Shown here one piece after another: positions 1 to 12,147 of a DNA stretch of 64,000 nt. Origin of the DNA: Eledone cirrhosa (Eukaryota). The DNA is taken from assembly GCA_964016885.1 (NCBI GenBank), contig OZ024745.1:93186001-93250000 (forward strand), read 5' to 3'. The position numbers and the translations under genes are program-made. Each line of letters begins with the position of its first letter. The first letter of the stretch is position 1. A model generated the notes under the pieces. That model was not told where the DNA came from, made no database searches, and was given only the letters and a program-made list of their open reading frames with translations.

Positions 1-2458
1 ACAGCAGATAGACCACCTGACCATCGGAGCGCGTCCCTTCCACAAAAAGCGAAAGAGCAAATGCTCCAGCGCAGTCAGGCGAGGCTTAGGACAAAGCACA
101 ACGGTGTACGCATTTGCCACCTCTGCTTGACCTTTCAGGGATAACTTCCTCTCTGCCCATTTCTGGGTGAGAGAAGCCACCCTGCTCGTCACCTCGTCTC
201 AGTTTTTGTCCGTCTGGAGATCCGGACCGAACCAGACTCCTAGCAATTTAACTGGTCTGTCCGTCCAGCACCCGACGACGCTGTTGGACGACATGGACCT
301 GCCTCTCCAGGTGCCAAGCTGCAGGCCCACTGACTTTTCCTGGTTGATCATTGCTCCTGTCACAGCTTCGTATTCTCTTAGTGTAGTGCTGATCGCCTCG
401 ATGTGTTTGGCGTTCGACACCACTGCGGTGACATCGTCCGCATATGCTGACACGGATCTTCCACATCCTAGTTTGTGTGGGCCCCCCCTCAACGTTTCCA
501 GTTTGTACAGTAATGGCTCGATAGTGAATACGTACAAGAGGGACGAGAGAGGACATCCTTGGAGGACCGAGCGCATGATGTTGAATGGTTCTGAAAGGTG
601 ACAATTCACTCTCACCACAGAGCAGATGTCGCTGCTGTGCATGGCAGCGATCCAGCCTCTGAAGACGGGCCCAAAGCCAGCCGCCCTCGGGACTGCTGCC
701 AGATAACGATGGTCGACCCTATCGAAAGCTTTCGACTGATCTAAATTGATCAAGGACCCACCTGTGCCAGGTTCCCTAGCTACTCTCTGCATGATGTATC
801 GCATGAGGTGGGGGTTGTCGTGGATGGATCTGTCTGAAATGGAGCATGTCTGCGCCTCTCCCACCAGACCACCAACGACAAGCGCCAACCTCTTTGCTAG
901 CACCTTGGCCAAAATCTTGAACTCTGTGTTTAGCAGAGTTATGGGCCTGAAATTATCTATGTTATCCCCCTTGTTCGGATCCTTTCTCAGCAGCACTACC
1001 ATTCCTCGGCTCACAGAGCTGGGAATTCTCCCGTTCTGTTGCCAGTTGCAGTAGACGTCCGCCAAGAGGCCTCCGAACAAGTCTGGCATCTGTACATAAA
1101 GTTCATAGAGCAGACCATCCAAACCAGGCAATTTACCCCTTGTGCAGCCAGTCATTGCCTCCCGTACTTCAGCGGCTGTTATCGGCTTTTCGCAACACTC
1201 CGCCTCAGTGGCCGAGAGCCACGGCAGTCCGTCACGGTAGGCACTAAAGTCCATCCCTCGACCCGGCCCACCGCTGCCCCCGAATAGCTGAGCGAAGTGT
1301 TGCTAAAAAGCTTCACACATTTGTTCGGGATCGAGTAGCATGCTCCCGTCATGGTCCACCAAATACTGGATCGTGGCTTTGTTGCCACGGCGCGCCTCCG
1401 CCACTCGGGCCCATTGAACGGCTTTCGTCCCCTCATGTCTGAGAGCACGCACCCTATCTCTGACAATGCAACCTTCGTGCTTTGCATTGAAGAATTGGTC
1501 AAGGGCCAATTTTGCTGCAAGTACGTCGGTGGCGATGCCTTTACTAAGCGCCTCGTCTAATTTTCTAACTAGTTCTCCCTCTGCTCTATTTTTCTCTATT
1601 GCTAAAGCCTTACTAAACATAATGGACTCTATTCTAATCACTCTTTTCAGAGCAAACCCCCATTTGTTGTTGACGATGGCGCCCGCCAACACCTGCTTAA
1701 CTAATTCGCTAATCCTGTCTCTGTAGGCCTTGCGCGCTGTTAACGACGCGTTTAGCTTCCAGTAGCCAGGTCCTTGTCTATGAAGCCTATCTAAGTTAAC
1801 CTCACAGATCACGAATTGGTGGTCCAGGTAGTCGACTATTTTGAAATATAGACAGCCTATGCTAGACCTATCTATTTCCCTACAAAATACCCTATCTAGA
1901 TATGATCTGGATGATCCGATGCAGTTTGACCATGTCCACATTGGTAAATTCAGGAAATCCAGACGGTACCTGTCAGACAGTTGAAACCGTCTGAGTAGGT
2001 TTGTGAGGCTTTTACACCCTCCTCCCCTATCCGCTAATCCCACACAGTCCCATCATGCATCTAAGATCCCGTTCCAGTCACCCACTAACACTAAAGAAGG
2101 TCTCCAGACGCCCTGTAGGGGCATAGACGGCCACTAGCCTGAAAGCTTGCCTGTCTCTACTGGTCACGTCCAGCACCACCAACTTACCTTCTGGGTCCAG
2201 GAAGATGGCTCGTATGGCGAAATCCAAATCTCTTCGAAAAAGCACAGTAACTCCTCACCCCGATCCAGAACAGCTGGGAGATGCGTACACATCGTAGCCG
2301 CCGAAGATCGGTGTGAAGGCTCATGCTTTGGAGATTCTGGTCTCGCTGATGGCCACCACATCTATGTTTAATGACCTAAGGTCGTTGAGCAGGTGGCCCT
2401 GCTTCCATGACGACCCCAAGCCACGCACATTTATGCTGCCTATTCTGAGTGAGGTCAT
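1..2458 (-). pseudogene. Disrupted ORF2 (AP endonuclease + reverse transcriptase) of the Tx1/L1-like element
   Basis: ORF-track pieces 1303-2043 (end of EN, linker) and 199-1254 (RT domain with YADD) lie in different frames. Confidence 0.9.
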
Positions 2459-2568
2459 GTTGAAAAGGAGTGGGAAAAGATGAGAAGACCACTTACCTCA
2501 CATTTCGTAGAGGAAGGATGGTTTCTCCATCCTTCTCACTGCTTGTGGCCTCCTCCGGAAGGATGTCC

Positions 2569-4138
2569 TTATAAATACTCCTGGAGATTGTTTGTCGGAA
2601 GTCTCCGATGTCCTTGGGGAACTTTTGTTTGTGTTGTGTACGTTTTCTGTGTGATGCGAGTGATTTGTATGTGTGGAGGTGATGTGAACTTTTGGGGTGT
2701 TGTGTAATCTTTTTCTGTGATGCTGGTGTTGTGTTGTGGTGTTGGTGATGGTGGTTGTGGGGTTAATGATGGTGATAATGTTGGTGTTTGTGGTGATGGG
2801 GCTGGTGATGCTGGTGTGGGTGGTGGTATAGCTGTCTTAACTTTTTTGTTTGTTTGCTTATTTGTTTCCCCTTGCATTTTGTTTTTGGAGGGCGAAGGAA
2901 GAGGATTTTTTTCTTTTTGGGGTTCTTTTTTTCTTTTTCTTTTTTCCTGATACCATTCCCCACTCCTCCTCATCGTCACAATCTGTCTCCAATTGGGATA
3001 GGTCGGGGAGTGTAAAATCCTCCACAGGCATTGGTTTTTGGTGGTGGCGTGGTGGATGGTGGAGGCGCTGGTGCTAATTCTGGCGCGGTGGGTTGTGGTG
3101 GTGTTGGTTTTGCTACTGTTGCTGGGGTAGTGTTGGCGAGGACGGCAGCCATTAGCCAGGGAATTTCAATGGCCAGCAGAACTTGGGTCACCCTGATCCT
3201 TACCAGCCTCTGACCACAATAGCTTGGGGCGAGTGTGAACTTGTCACTTTTTAATGGGGCCATGGAGTGCTCTCTGGCTTCCTGTGGGGTTCCAAAGAAC
3301 ACGTCCACGGTTCCATATTTTTGCCCACATGTCCCAAAGCTTTTTATATCTGGGACTCGGATGCCCGTTCCACTCGCCGCATTTTAATATTTATCATCCG
3401 ATTATGACACGGTGCATAGGCACCGATGCTCCATGGTATTAGATGGGGGTGTGAGGCTGACCCTGTAACCATATTTTTTTACCATTCGCTTGGCTTCATT
3501 CAATTCTTCCTGGCTTACTTCAACCGTTTCATTTTTGTTTGCCGCTTTAGCAAATGACACATTTGGTTTTGCGCTGGTGTTGATGTTGTTGTTGTTATTC
3601 TTATTGTTGTTGTTGTTGCTGTTATTGCTGTTGTTGTTATTGTTATTTTTGTTATTATTATTTTTAATTTCAGTTGTGCTGGTGGTGGTGGTTTAAGTGG
3701 CGTTCGGCATGAAAGAGTCGATTTTCGGAGAATCCATTTCGATATCACGAGAAAATAATTTATTTTTTGTTTCAGTTGTTGCTGTGGTGGTGGTGGTGGT
3801 GGTTGTATCAGTGGTGTTGGTTGTTCTTTTTGACATTGTGGTGGTGGGGATGGAGGCTTTAACACCTGTGGACGTTGGTAATGGCGGGAAATCCATGTTT
3901 GTATGTGACAAATCTAAATAAGTGCCATTGCTATTATATTTTCAGTGTTGGCATTTTTTTCTGTTGTCTGTATTTTGGTGCAGTAATTTTTTTAAAATTA
4001 GTGTTCTCAGTGTTGTTGTCTTTGTTCACATTGTTTGTGATGGTGTTTGTTGTATCAATTTCTGTAACCCTCCTCTCAATGTTTACGCCGTTGTCACATG
4101 ACAGCAGACATATTGCTGGGGATGCGTGGCTCAGCCAT
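2569..4138 (-). pseudogene. Disrupted ORF1 (Thr/Asn/Pro-rich, gag-like) of the Tx1/L1-like element
   Basis: Frameshifted ORF pieces run from ATG 4138 (MAEPRIPSN) through 3693-3911, 2976-3308 and 2569-2979, directly upstream of ORF2. No CCHC knuckle is visible, so it may be internally deleted. Confidence 0.65.
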
Positions 4139-4409
4139 GTTTTTTTTTATTTTTAAAAGTAAAATGTTCAAATATTTGGGCCAACAGGCCCAAATATTAT
4201 ACTTTCCCATTCACAGGGCAAAATCCAAGGGCTTATATCCCTTACACAACATGAAAGGTTTAACAACAAATAATTATAACAGGTAAATAAAGTGACTTAC
4301 TGGGAGCGAGCAAAAAGACGTCTGAACAGACCAATAATAATAATAATAATACAAATGATTGTGTACAGTGCTCAGGTGCACTACAGTAATTTACACCTGA
4401 ACCAGTTTA

Positions 4410-5079
4410 ATATATATATAAATGTCTGTGATTCTGTCACAACATGTAAAGAGAGAAGAGTAGGTTGACTTCCTCACACTACTCCTCTCTCTTTACATCA
4501 ACTCCCTGCGTGAATGTATGTGTGTGTAAAAGGAAGGAAGGGGATGATGAATGTATGTGTATTTGTGTGCATGTATGTCTGTGAGTGTGTATTTTTGTAA
4601 GTGTGTCTGTATTTGCATATTTATATTTATATACTCATAAAAAATAAAATAGTTGTTAGTTCAACGAAATAAAAGGTTGTTAGTTCAACAAAAGGTTGTT
4701 AGTTCAATTCTCAGACCGGGTGATGTGTTGTTTCCTTGAGCAAGACACTTTATTTCACATTGCTCCAGTTTACTCAGTTGTAGAAATGAAATGATAGGGA
4801 CTGGGGTCCCTATCATTCCATTGCAAAGTGGTCGTGTAGGTGCCACGGCAAAAAAGCACCCAGCACTCACTGTAAATGAGGTTGGTGTTAGGAAGGGCAT
4901 CCAGCTGTAGAAATCAAGCCAGAATCAGTTCCTGTCCCACCCTTGCAAGCAGGGAAAAGCGGACGTAAAATGATGATGATGATGATGATGATGATGATAC
5001 ATATAAATGTATGCATATGTACATATGCACAAGCACACACATATGCACATACGCGTCAGTGTATGGAAAAAAATTCTAG
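4410..5079 (+). mobile_element. Non-autonomous Helitron-like element (same family as 40007-40322) with a SINE inserted at about 4640-4997
   Basis: Shares the ATTCTGTCACAACA.GTAAAGAGAG hairpin and CTGCGTGAATGTATG with the 40007 copy, and ends CTAG|T at 5076-5080. Confidence 0.65.
4685..4997 (+). mobile_element. tRNA-derived SINE with an RTE-type 3' tail ending in (TGA)n
   Basis: CCTTGAGCAAGACACTTTATTTCACATTGCTCC body. The tail CCCACCCTTGCAAGCAGGGAAAAGCGGACGTAAAA(TGA)n matches the 3' end of the RTE at 12148-13120. Confidence 0.75.
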
Positions 5080-5618
5080 TACTAAAATATTACTAGAACT
5101 GGTGATTATTTGAGCAATCCAGGATGGGTGAAAACTGAAGGAAAGTGCCTCAACTTGGAATGAAAATAAAGGTAAGTTGTCCTATATAGCAGAAGTTATA
5201 TTTCCTATTCCTGCTTTCAGGTAATCACAACCTCGTGTCTTAATAAATATTGACTTTCAAGTCAAAATAAATATTACCTATTGAAATGATGCCAACAATA
5301 TTTATATTGACTGTTTCAAACATCTGTTTTTACCACATTCATATACAAAAGGACATTACTATGGATAAATTCATATAAATCACACATGCACACCTGTTAT
5401 ACGATTTCATTGTTCATTTTGAAGGTTTATTTTATTTATTTTTTTTTTTTACAACAGGTTTATCTGACAATATTGATAGATATATAGAAGGATGTTTGAT
5501 TTAATATTTGGTAAACAATAATATATATATTAAATGTAAATAGATATATATAAAACAAAGCAAAAACAAAAACTGAGGCATTTAAAATGAAAGAACTAAA
5601 GAGGAAATGTTATCAGTT

Positions 5619-5856
5619 TAAACCCTTTAGCATTTATATTACTCTATACATGCTATTGTATTTTTGTGGTAAAGGCTTTAGCTTACATAATTATCGCACA
5701 TAATATCGAATCTATGAGACTTTTTATAGTATCTATTTTGAGAACAATACCTATTCTCAAAATAAATAATATTAGTGGCCAGTTACGGCTGGTTTGAAGA
5801 GAAAGAGGTGAGAGAATTGTGGCCGGATATGGCCGGTTTAAATGCTAAAAGGTTAA
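5619..5856. mobile_element. piggyBac-type MITE family A (about 230 bp)
   Basis: CCCTTTAGCATTTA...TAAATGCTAAA(A/G)GG inverted ends at TTAA-like sites; one of nine copies in the window. Confidence 0.85.
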
Positions 5857-7398
5857 ATTCTCTTCCAGGACATTCTTGATTAGAACGAAGATGAGTAGTA
5901 ACATAAAACAGCATAAGATACAGAATAAATTGTATCTGTGTGGAAAGATTTACCTATTAAAAGTTAGCAAAGTACATTACATGCAATCAACAATTTCACA
6001 TACCAGCTTGGAGCTTGCAACAATTTGTGTATTATAAAATCTAGTCATAGAAAATGTAGGGAAAAAACGCTGAACACTCCCGTGTAACTAAAAGTGGACT
6101 AGGCGAAATGTCTATAATAATAACTGAAGTGAACTGTCAGTTAAACTGTGTATACAGAGTCTCATTATAGTGATCTCGGTAGTTTGAAATTACACCTGGT
6201 GAATACTTTGGTTTTACCTTCGTTCGTACAGATATACTAACAGGTGTGATACACCATTATAATAGAAAACCTACCAAAGAGTCAGGAAGACACTTCAGCT
6301 ATGCCAAAGACATGGCAACTTCCCTTGTGTTGGTGCTATGATAAAATGTACTTGGTAAAGAATAGGATCATCTGTCAGACTTTTGACCCACTTGGAAACC
6401 AGAGGTTCCACTTCAGTACTGATTAATATATGTTGATATACCCAACCTTTGCAAGCAAGGAAAAGAGATGTTAAACAACGATGGTGATAATGATGAATAA
6501 ATTTGAATAGTTATAATTATTTTTTCACTAGATATTTTTTTCTTACATTCTTCATTAAATTCTAATTTATTCTCAATCTAACATGTATGAAACAATCTCC
6601 TTGATTTAATAGTTGGATTATAATATTCTTGTCTGTTTTAGTCGGAGGTCCTGTTCCCAGACATGCTTAAAATACTGGTGCAATTAATATCAGAAAGCAT
6701 CACACAAGATACACAATGCAGATTCTATAGGGTTCAAAGTGTATTTGACATAATCTTCATTACAAAGCAGTTTCAGGAGAAATATAAGGAACAAAACTAG
6801 CCCATCAAGAGTGAAACTCACTGTTTATCGTTCATTGTGGAAGTCTCACTGTTGGAGGAGAATTGAAAATATGAAGGCAAAATACACTCAGCACTAATAG
6901 ATGTGAGGAATAATAGCTTAGAAAATGGTAGAGTTTTCAGCCAGAATTTGAGAGATACAGAGTTCAATTCTCTGTAGCAGCTGTTGGCCATTTTTTCTGT
7001 CTATAGGGGTATATTACCTGATTTTTGAAAATATTATTTATAGCAATCAACTGTGTTCACAATTATTTCCTGCATTCAAGATTTTCTACATTTTCTAAGC
7101 AATTCAACTCACTCGATGCTCTTCTGTTTATTTACAAATGTCATTATATATATGTGTGAGGCATGTAGTGGTATGTAGAGAGGATGAGAAAGGTATAATG
7201 ATTTAGTGAGAAAGAGGTAATATTTTGAGAAAGAGTGACAAAATAATTGTAGGAGCAAAGAAAAATGTTTTAATATATGTGTGTGTGTGTGTGTGTGAAT
7301 CCCAGGTTCAATCAGGGGTAACCTGATGATTTCTTTTGAATGAAACAATTCTAGTCCTGTAGAAGCCATTTCTGTATTAAACTTTATATATATATATA

Positions 7399-7619
7399 CT
7401 AGACCACCTGTGACCCATAGGGTCACATTCTGTTAAAAATATATTTTTTAAAATCATGTTCACTTAAAAATAATTTTACAATAATTAAAATATATACAAA
7501 CATGTATATAATGTAAAATGAAATTGGAAGGCCCATATATATGCGTGTGTGTGTGTATATATATATGTGTGTGTGTGGGTGTATGTGACCTATATACACT
7601 GGTCACAGACACACACACA

Positions 7620-7684
<65 letters not shown>

Positions 7685-7709
7685 AGAAACCCTTCCTTTT
7701 TAGTAGAGA
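7399..7709 (-). mobile_element. Non-autonomous Helitron-like element containing (CA)n
   Basis: Minus-strand 3' end CTAG|T at 7399-7402 with subterminal hairpin TGTGACCC-AT-AGGGTCACA. Putative 5' end TCTCTACTAAAAAG at about 7709. Confidence 0.6.
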
Positions 7710-8232
7710 GCGGGAGAGAATTTGTTGGTTTAGTAAGAGAGGGTGAGGTATGTAGTGGGATATAGAGAGAAGAGAGTTTGGTAGTATAGTGAGAGAGGGG
7801 TAATTGTGAGAGCGATAGTGTGTAAGTATGTAGTGGGATATAGTGAGGGGCAGAGAGTTTGATGTGCTAGTGAGAGAGCGGGAATTACGAGAGTGATAGA
7901 GACTGGGATAAAGAGAGGGGAGAGAATTTGGTGATCAAGTGCGAGGGAGGGAATTGTGAGAGAGTGAGGTATGTAGTGGGATATAGAGGTGGCAGAGAGT
8001 TTGGTGGTTTAGTGAGTGAGGGAGTGGGAATTGTGAGAATGATAGAGAGTGAGGTATGTAGTGGGATATAGAGAGAGGGAGGGAGTTTTATGGTTTAGTG
8101 AGAGAGGGGGAATTGTGAAAGGGGGAGAAAGGTATAATGTTTTAGAGGGAGAGAGGGGTAATATTTTGAGAGAGCGTGACAAAATAATTGTAGGAGGGAT
8201 GAAAATGTTCTAAAATTGGGTTTCACAACAAA
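7710..8232. repeat. Degenerate GA-rich tandem repeat of an interspersed element; related pieces at 7150-7270, 10230-10345 and, inverted, 38970-39250
   Basis: Recurring GTGAGGTATGTAGTGGGATATAGAGAG and GAGAGTTTGGT motifs. Confidence 0.6.
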
Positions 8233-8239
8233 GTGGCTG

Positions 8240-9362
8240 TGTATATGAGTGTGTGTGTTTATATGTATATGTGTGTGTTTGTGTGTGCATGTTTATATAT
8301 ATGTATGTGTGTTTGGATGTTTCTATATATATATGTGTGTGTTTATATATATGTGTATGCCTGTGTGTTTATATATATATATATGTGTGTGTTTATATAT
8401 ATGTGTATGCCTGTGTGGTTATATATATATATATGTGTGTTTATATATATGTGTATGCCTGTGTGTTTATATATATATATATGTGTGTGTGTTTATATAT
8501 ATGTGTATGCCTGTGTGTTTATATATATATATATGTGTGTGTTTATATATATGTGTGTGTTTATATATATGTGTATGCCTGTGTGTTTATATATATATAT
8601 ATGTGTGTGTGTTTATATATATGTGTATGCCTGTGTGTTTATATATATATATATATGTGTGTGTTTATATATATGTATATGCCTGTGTGTTTATATATAT
8701 ATATATATATGTGTGTGTTTATATATATGTGTATGCCTGTGTGTTTATATATATATATATATGTGTGTGTTTATATATATGTGTATGCCTGTGTGTTTAT
8801 ATATATATATATGTGTGTGTTTATATATATGTGTATGCTTGTGTGTTTATATATATATGTGTGTGTTTATATATATATGTGTATGCCTGTGTGTTTATGT
8901 TTATATATATGTGTATGCCTGTGTGTTTATATATATATATATGTGTGTGTGTTTATATATATATATATATGTGTGTTTATATATATGTGTATGCCTGTGT
9001 GTTTATATATATATATATATGTGTGTGTTTATATATATGTGTGTGTTTATATATATGTGTATGCCTGTGTGTTTATATATATATATATATGTGTGTGTTT
9101 ATATATATGTGTGTTTATATATATGTGTATGCCTGTGTGGTTATATATATATATATGTGTGTGTGTTTATATATATGTGTATGCCTGTGTGGTTATATAT
9201 ATATATATGTGTATGTGTTTATATATATGTGTATGCCTGTGTGTTTATATATATATATATGTGTGTGTGTTTATATATATGTGTATGCCTGTGTGTTTAT
9301 ATATATATATGTGTGTGTTTATATATATGTGTATGCCTGTGTATTTATATATATATATATAT
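8240..9362. repeat. Compound minisatellite: GTGTATGCCTGTGTGTTT(AT)n(GT)n units of about 50 bp, about 20 copies
   Basis: Read directly from the sequence. It accounts for the three spurious 370-411 aa C/V/Y/I ORFs. Confidence 0.95.
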
Positions 9363-9363
9363 A

Positions 9364-10225
9364 CTAGCAGTAAAGCCCGGCGTTGCTCGGGGTCACTCAG
9401 TAGCTGTGTTAAAGTTACAATGTTAAGTTTCTTTCTTGGCTTAAAAACTGTAGTGTCTACTGTGCAGACTTGCATGTGGTGTTTTTGATTAATATTCCCT
9501 CAACCAACAATATGCCTTATGAAGTTAAGAAAACATAACGATAACCCGAATGTTATAACAAAAGAGGATGCTGGGGATAGAAACTGCACTGGTTACTTAT
9601 TAACAAAGATCGAAAATGTAAACACTGCAACGCAGAGAAAAACATTAGCGTAACCAAATTATCAGTTATGTCTGTCTGCACGCCTATATCACCTCTCTGC
9701 ACGACTGTCTGTCTGCACGCCTATATCACCTCTCTGCACGACTGTCTGTCTGCACGCCTAACGACGAAATATTTGCTTGTTTTACGTAGTCTTTAAATAG
9801 ACTTGTTTTCAAGTAAAAATATTGTTTTAAAATGCTTTTAAATGGAAATGAAGCCAAACGGAAGCTTAGTGTTCGAACTGATGAATTTTGTAGGTCAATA
9901 TTTTGCTGGCTCGACAACTGTTCGTTCGTGTATTGTGTTAATGTCATTTTAAACGCTGAGAAAGCCAGCGTAATTTTTTACGTAAGGCGCTCAATGTAAA
10001 CAGAACAAAGGGAAATAACTGATAACTTACGCTCAAAAATCGATACATTATATTCGATTTCGTCAGATAGGGTGGGTCAATTTGAAATTTTTTTTTTCCG
10101 ATGTCTTCGCTAGGGCTCAATGTACAAGTATAGCAATTTCGGTGCAATTCCGTGAGAGATTCTAAGAGGAGATGTGTGCCAAAAATCGATAGACAGACAG
10201 ACAACCACAGTTTTATATATATAGA
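9364..10225 (-). mobile_element. Non-autonomous Helitron (862 bp)
   Basis: On the minus strand it begins A|TCTATATATATAAAA followed by (CTGT)n and ends with hairpin CCCGAGCAACGCCGGG and CTAG|T. This is an A|T insertion with no TSD. An internal tandem repeat lies at 9669-9758. Confidence 0.85.
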
Positions 10226-10483
10226 TAACCATGTTTTAGTGAGAGAGGTGGTATTATTAAAGTGAGTGAGGTATGTAGTGAGATATATATATAGAGAGAG
10301 TGAGGTATCTAGTGGTATATAGAGAGAGGGAGAGAATTTGGTGACTTGTTTTATTCCATTTGAATTCCCATTTCAGGGGCAACTTCCTTTCAAAGTATTT
10401 TCCCATTATGTGCCGTTTTGGCTGTATTAAATTACAGACAAGCAGACAGTCACAGAGTTTTAGTAGTATATATATATATATAT

Positions 10484-10600
10484 CATCATTATCATCATCA
10501 TCGTTTAACGTCTATCTTCCACGCTAGCATGGGTTAGACGGGAATTGTCCCATTTGAGGCAAGATTGAGCGGGTGACCGTGTCTCGCTGGTATAGGACTG
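10484..10600 (-). mobile_element. 3' fragment of an RTE-tailed SINE; family members at about 14722-14990, 15844-16120, 16445-16590, 33768-34030, 36514-36680, 38143-38450 and 42720-42990
   Basis: (CAT)n-CGTTTAACGTC...TTCCACGCTAGCATGGGTTAGACGG is shared among the copies. Confidence 0.75.
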
Positions 10601-10636
10601 TATATATATATATATATATATATCCAGTTAGACCGA

Positions 10637-10668
<32 letters not shown>

Positions 10669-10670
<2 letters not shown>

Positions 10671-11030
10671 AGTGGGTCTAACTAGGAGTTACTGCAGGTT
10701 CACCCGGATGAGCACTCGATGTTTAGGTTCACTTCTGTGATGATGTGTAGAGCTATACAGAGTGTTATATATAGAAAGGATAAAAAGGACGATTGATTAT
10801 TCCTGCATTGCATTTATTGATAGGTGACGCGCGTTTCGCCACTGATCAGCTCAAGGTTCGATCTATATCGATCCTACCCGACTCAATAATCGGCAGCTCG
10901 ACGGACCCTCTTAAAATGCATTGAGTCGGGTAGGATCGATATAGATCAAACATTGAGCTGATCAGTGGCGAAACGCGCGTCACCTATCAATAAATGCAAT
11001 GAAGGAATAATCAATCGTCCTTTTTATCCT

Positions 11031-11040
<10 letters not shown>
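10669..11040 (-). mobile_element. Penelope-like pLTR / retrozyme-type element with an inverted duplication, inserted in (TA)n
   Basis: Inverted arms 10767-10887 and 10920-11040. Contains a hammerhead-like motif and is homologous to 26862-27170. Confidence 0.7.
10822..10910 (-). ncRNA. Type I hammerhead ribozyme motif with a degenerate core
   Basis: Minus strand reads GGGT-CCGTCGA-GCTGCCGATTA...TGATCAGTGGC-GAAAC-GCGC-GTC-ACCT. The core differs from CTGACGA at two positions. Confidence 0.6.
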
Positions 11041-11101
<61 letters not shown>

Positions 11102-11126
11102 TTTATATATATATATATATATATAC

Positions 11127-11205
<79 letters not shown>

Positions 11206-11221
11206 TATGTATGTATATATG

Positions 11222-11292
<71 letters not shown>

Positions 11293-11338
11293 ATATGTGT
11301 GTGTGTGTGTATGTATGTATATATATATATATAAATAT

Positions 11339-11947
11339 GTCAGGTCACCAGTTGGTGCTACTAGTAACATGTATCCCAGTACAATCTGTCTCATGGTTGG
11401 GTCGTTGGCGACTAAACTGGCAACCCCACCAAGGTTTCTTGGTGAGGCGGGTGACTTTGGACATCCTGCAGGGCTAAAAACAAAACCTCTTAAAGGGCAA
11501 AGGACCTCTTAAGAGTTAATGGCCATCCAAAATCACCGGGAGAGATTACCCCTTAGCCTTTGTCAAGGCAGAATTCTAGGGGAAGGAAAACTCTGATATA
11601 ACACCTGCAACCCTGATGGTATCCAATGATGTTGACGTGTTCTTCTTTTTGGTAAATATCATCTTGGTTAAGAGAGTGGGACTGGCTTTGTGCAGTGCCT
11701 TTGCTCCCTATAAAACTTCAGGGCACAGGCATTGCTTTATATCTGGAGATCTCTCTGCACTTGTCGTCACATGGTACCATGGGACCAGCACTATGTGTCA
11801 ATAATTGTCACAAGTGCAGTGTTTGTACCAGAGTTTTCAAGTCGCTGGCTGGACTAAAATGTCACACTCGTTCAGCGCATCAGTAGGGGTTCTCCTACAT
11901 GGATATGAAGTAGTGGCCGTACTCGAAAACGAGTTGGCAGCCACCAC
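11339..11947 (+). mobile_element. Short bipartite non-autonomous RTE/BovB-like element in (TA)n
   Basis: GC-richer 610-bp island flanked on both sides by (TA)n. Its 3' part encodes a C2H2 finger ([22 protein letters not shown]) of the kind that ends BovB-like RTE ORFs. Confidence 0.6.
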
Positions 11948-12000
11948 ATATATATATATATATGTGTGTATGTATGTATATATATATATATATATGTATA

Positions 12001-12044
<44 letters not shown>

Positions 12045-12074
12045 TACATTCATATATATATATATATATATACA

Positions 12075-12133
<59 letters not shown>

Positions 12134-12147
12134 TCATATATATATAT

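Larger units (their letters stand above)
1..4332 (-). mobile_element. Decayed Tx1/L1-clade non-LTR retrotransposon (5' UTR, ORF1, EN+RT ORF2); 3' end runs off the window start
   Basis: ORF2 starts at ATG 2458 with an APE-endonuclease N-terminus (MTSLRIGSINVRGLG). GPGYWKLNASL follows, then RT motifs RPITLLNTEFKILAKVLAKRL, LDQSKAFDRVDH, QGCPLS and YADD. There are several frameshifts and stops. The 5' end abuts (AAT)6 at 4333-4350. Confidence 0.9.

Noticed and set aside
167-3077. Plus-strand ORFs overlapping the LINE (also 11966-13183 and 34101-34571)
   Set aside because: They are antisense shadows of retroelement coding sequence with no independent protein signature.
4140-4300. Intron in the Tx1 5' UTR (minus-strand GTAAGT at 4300-4295)
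   Set aside because: No convincing acceptor AG before the ORF1 ATG in this copy.
8233-9488. Three overlapping 372-411 aa ORFs
   Set aside because: They are translations of a (GT/AT) minisatellite that lacks stop codons, not genes. The same applies to the YI-rich ORFs at 10965-12270 and 60076-60342.
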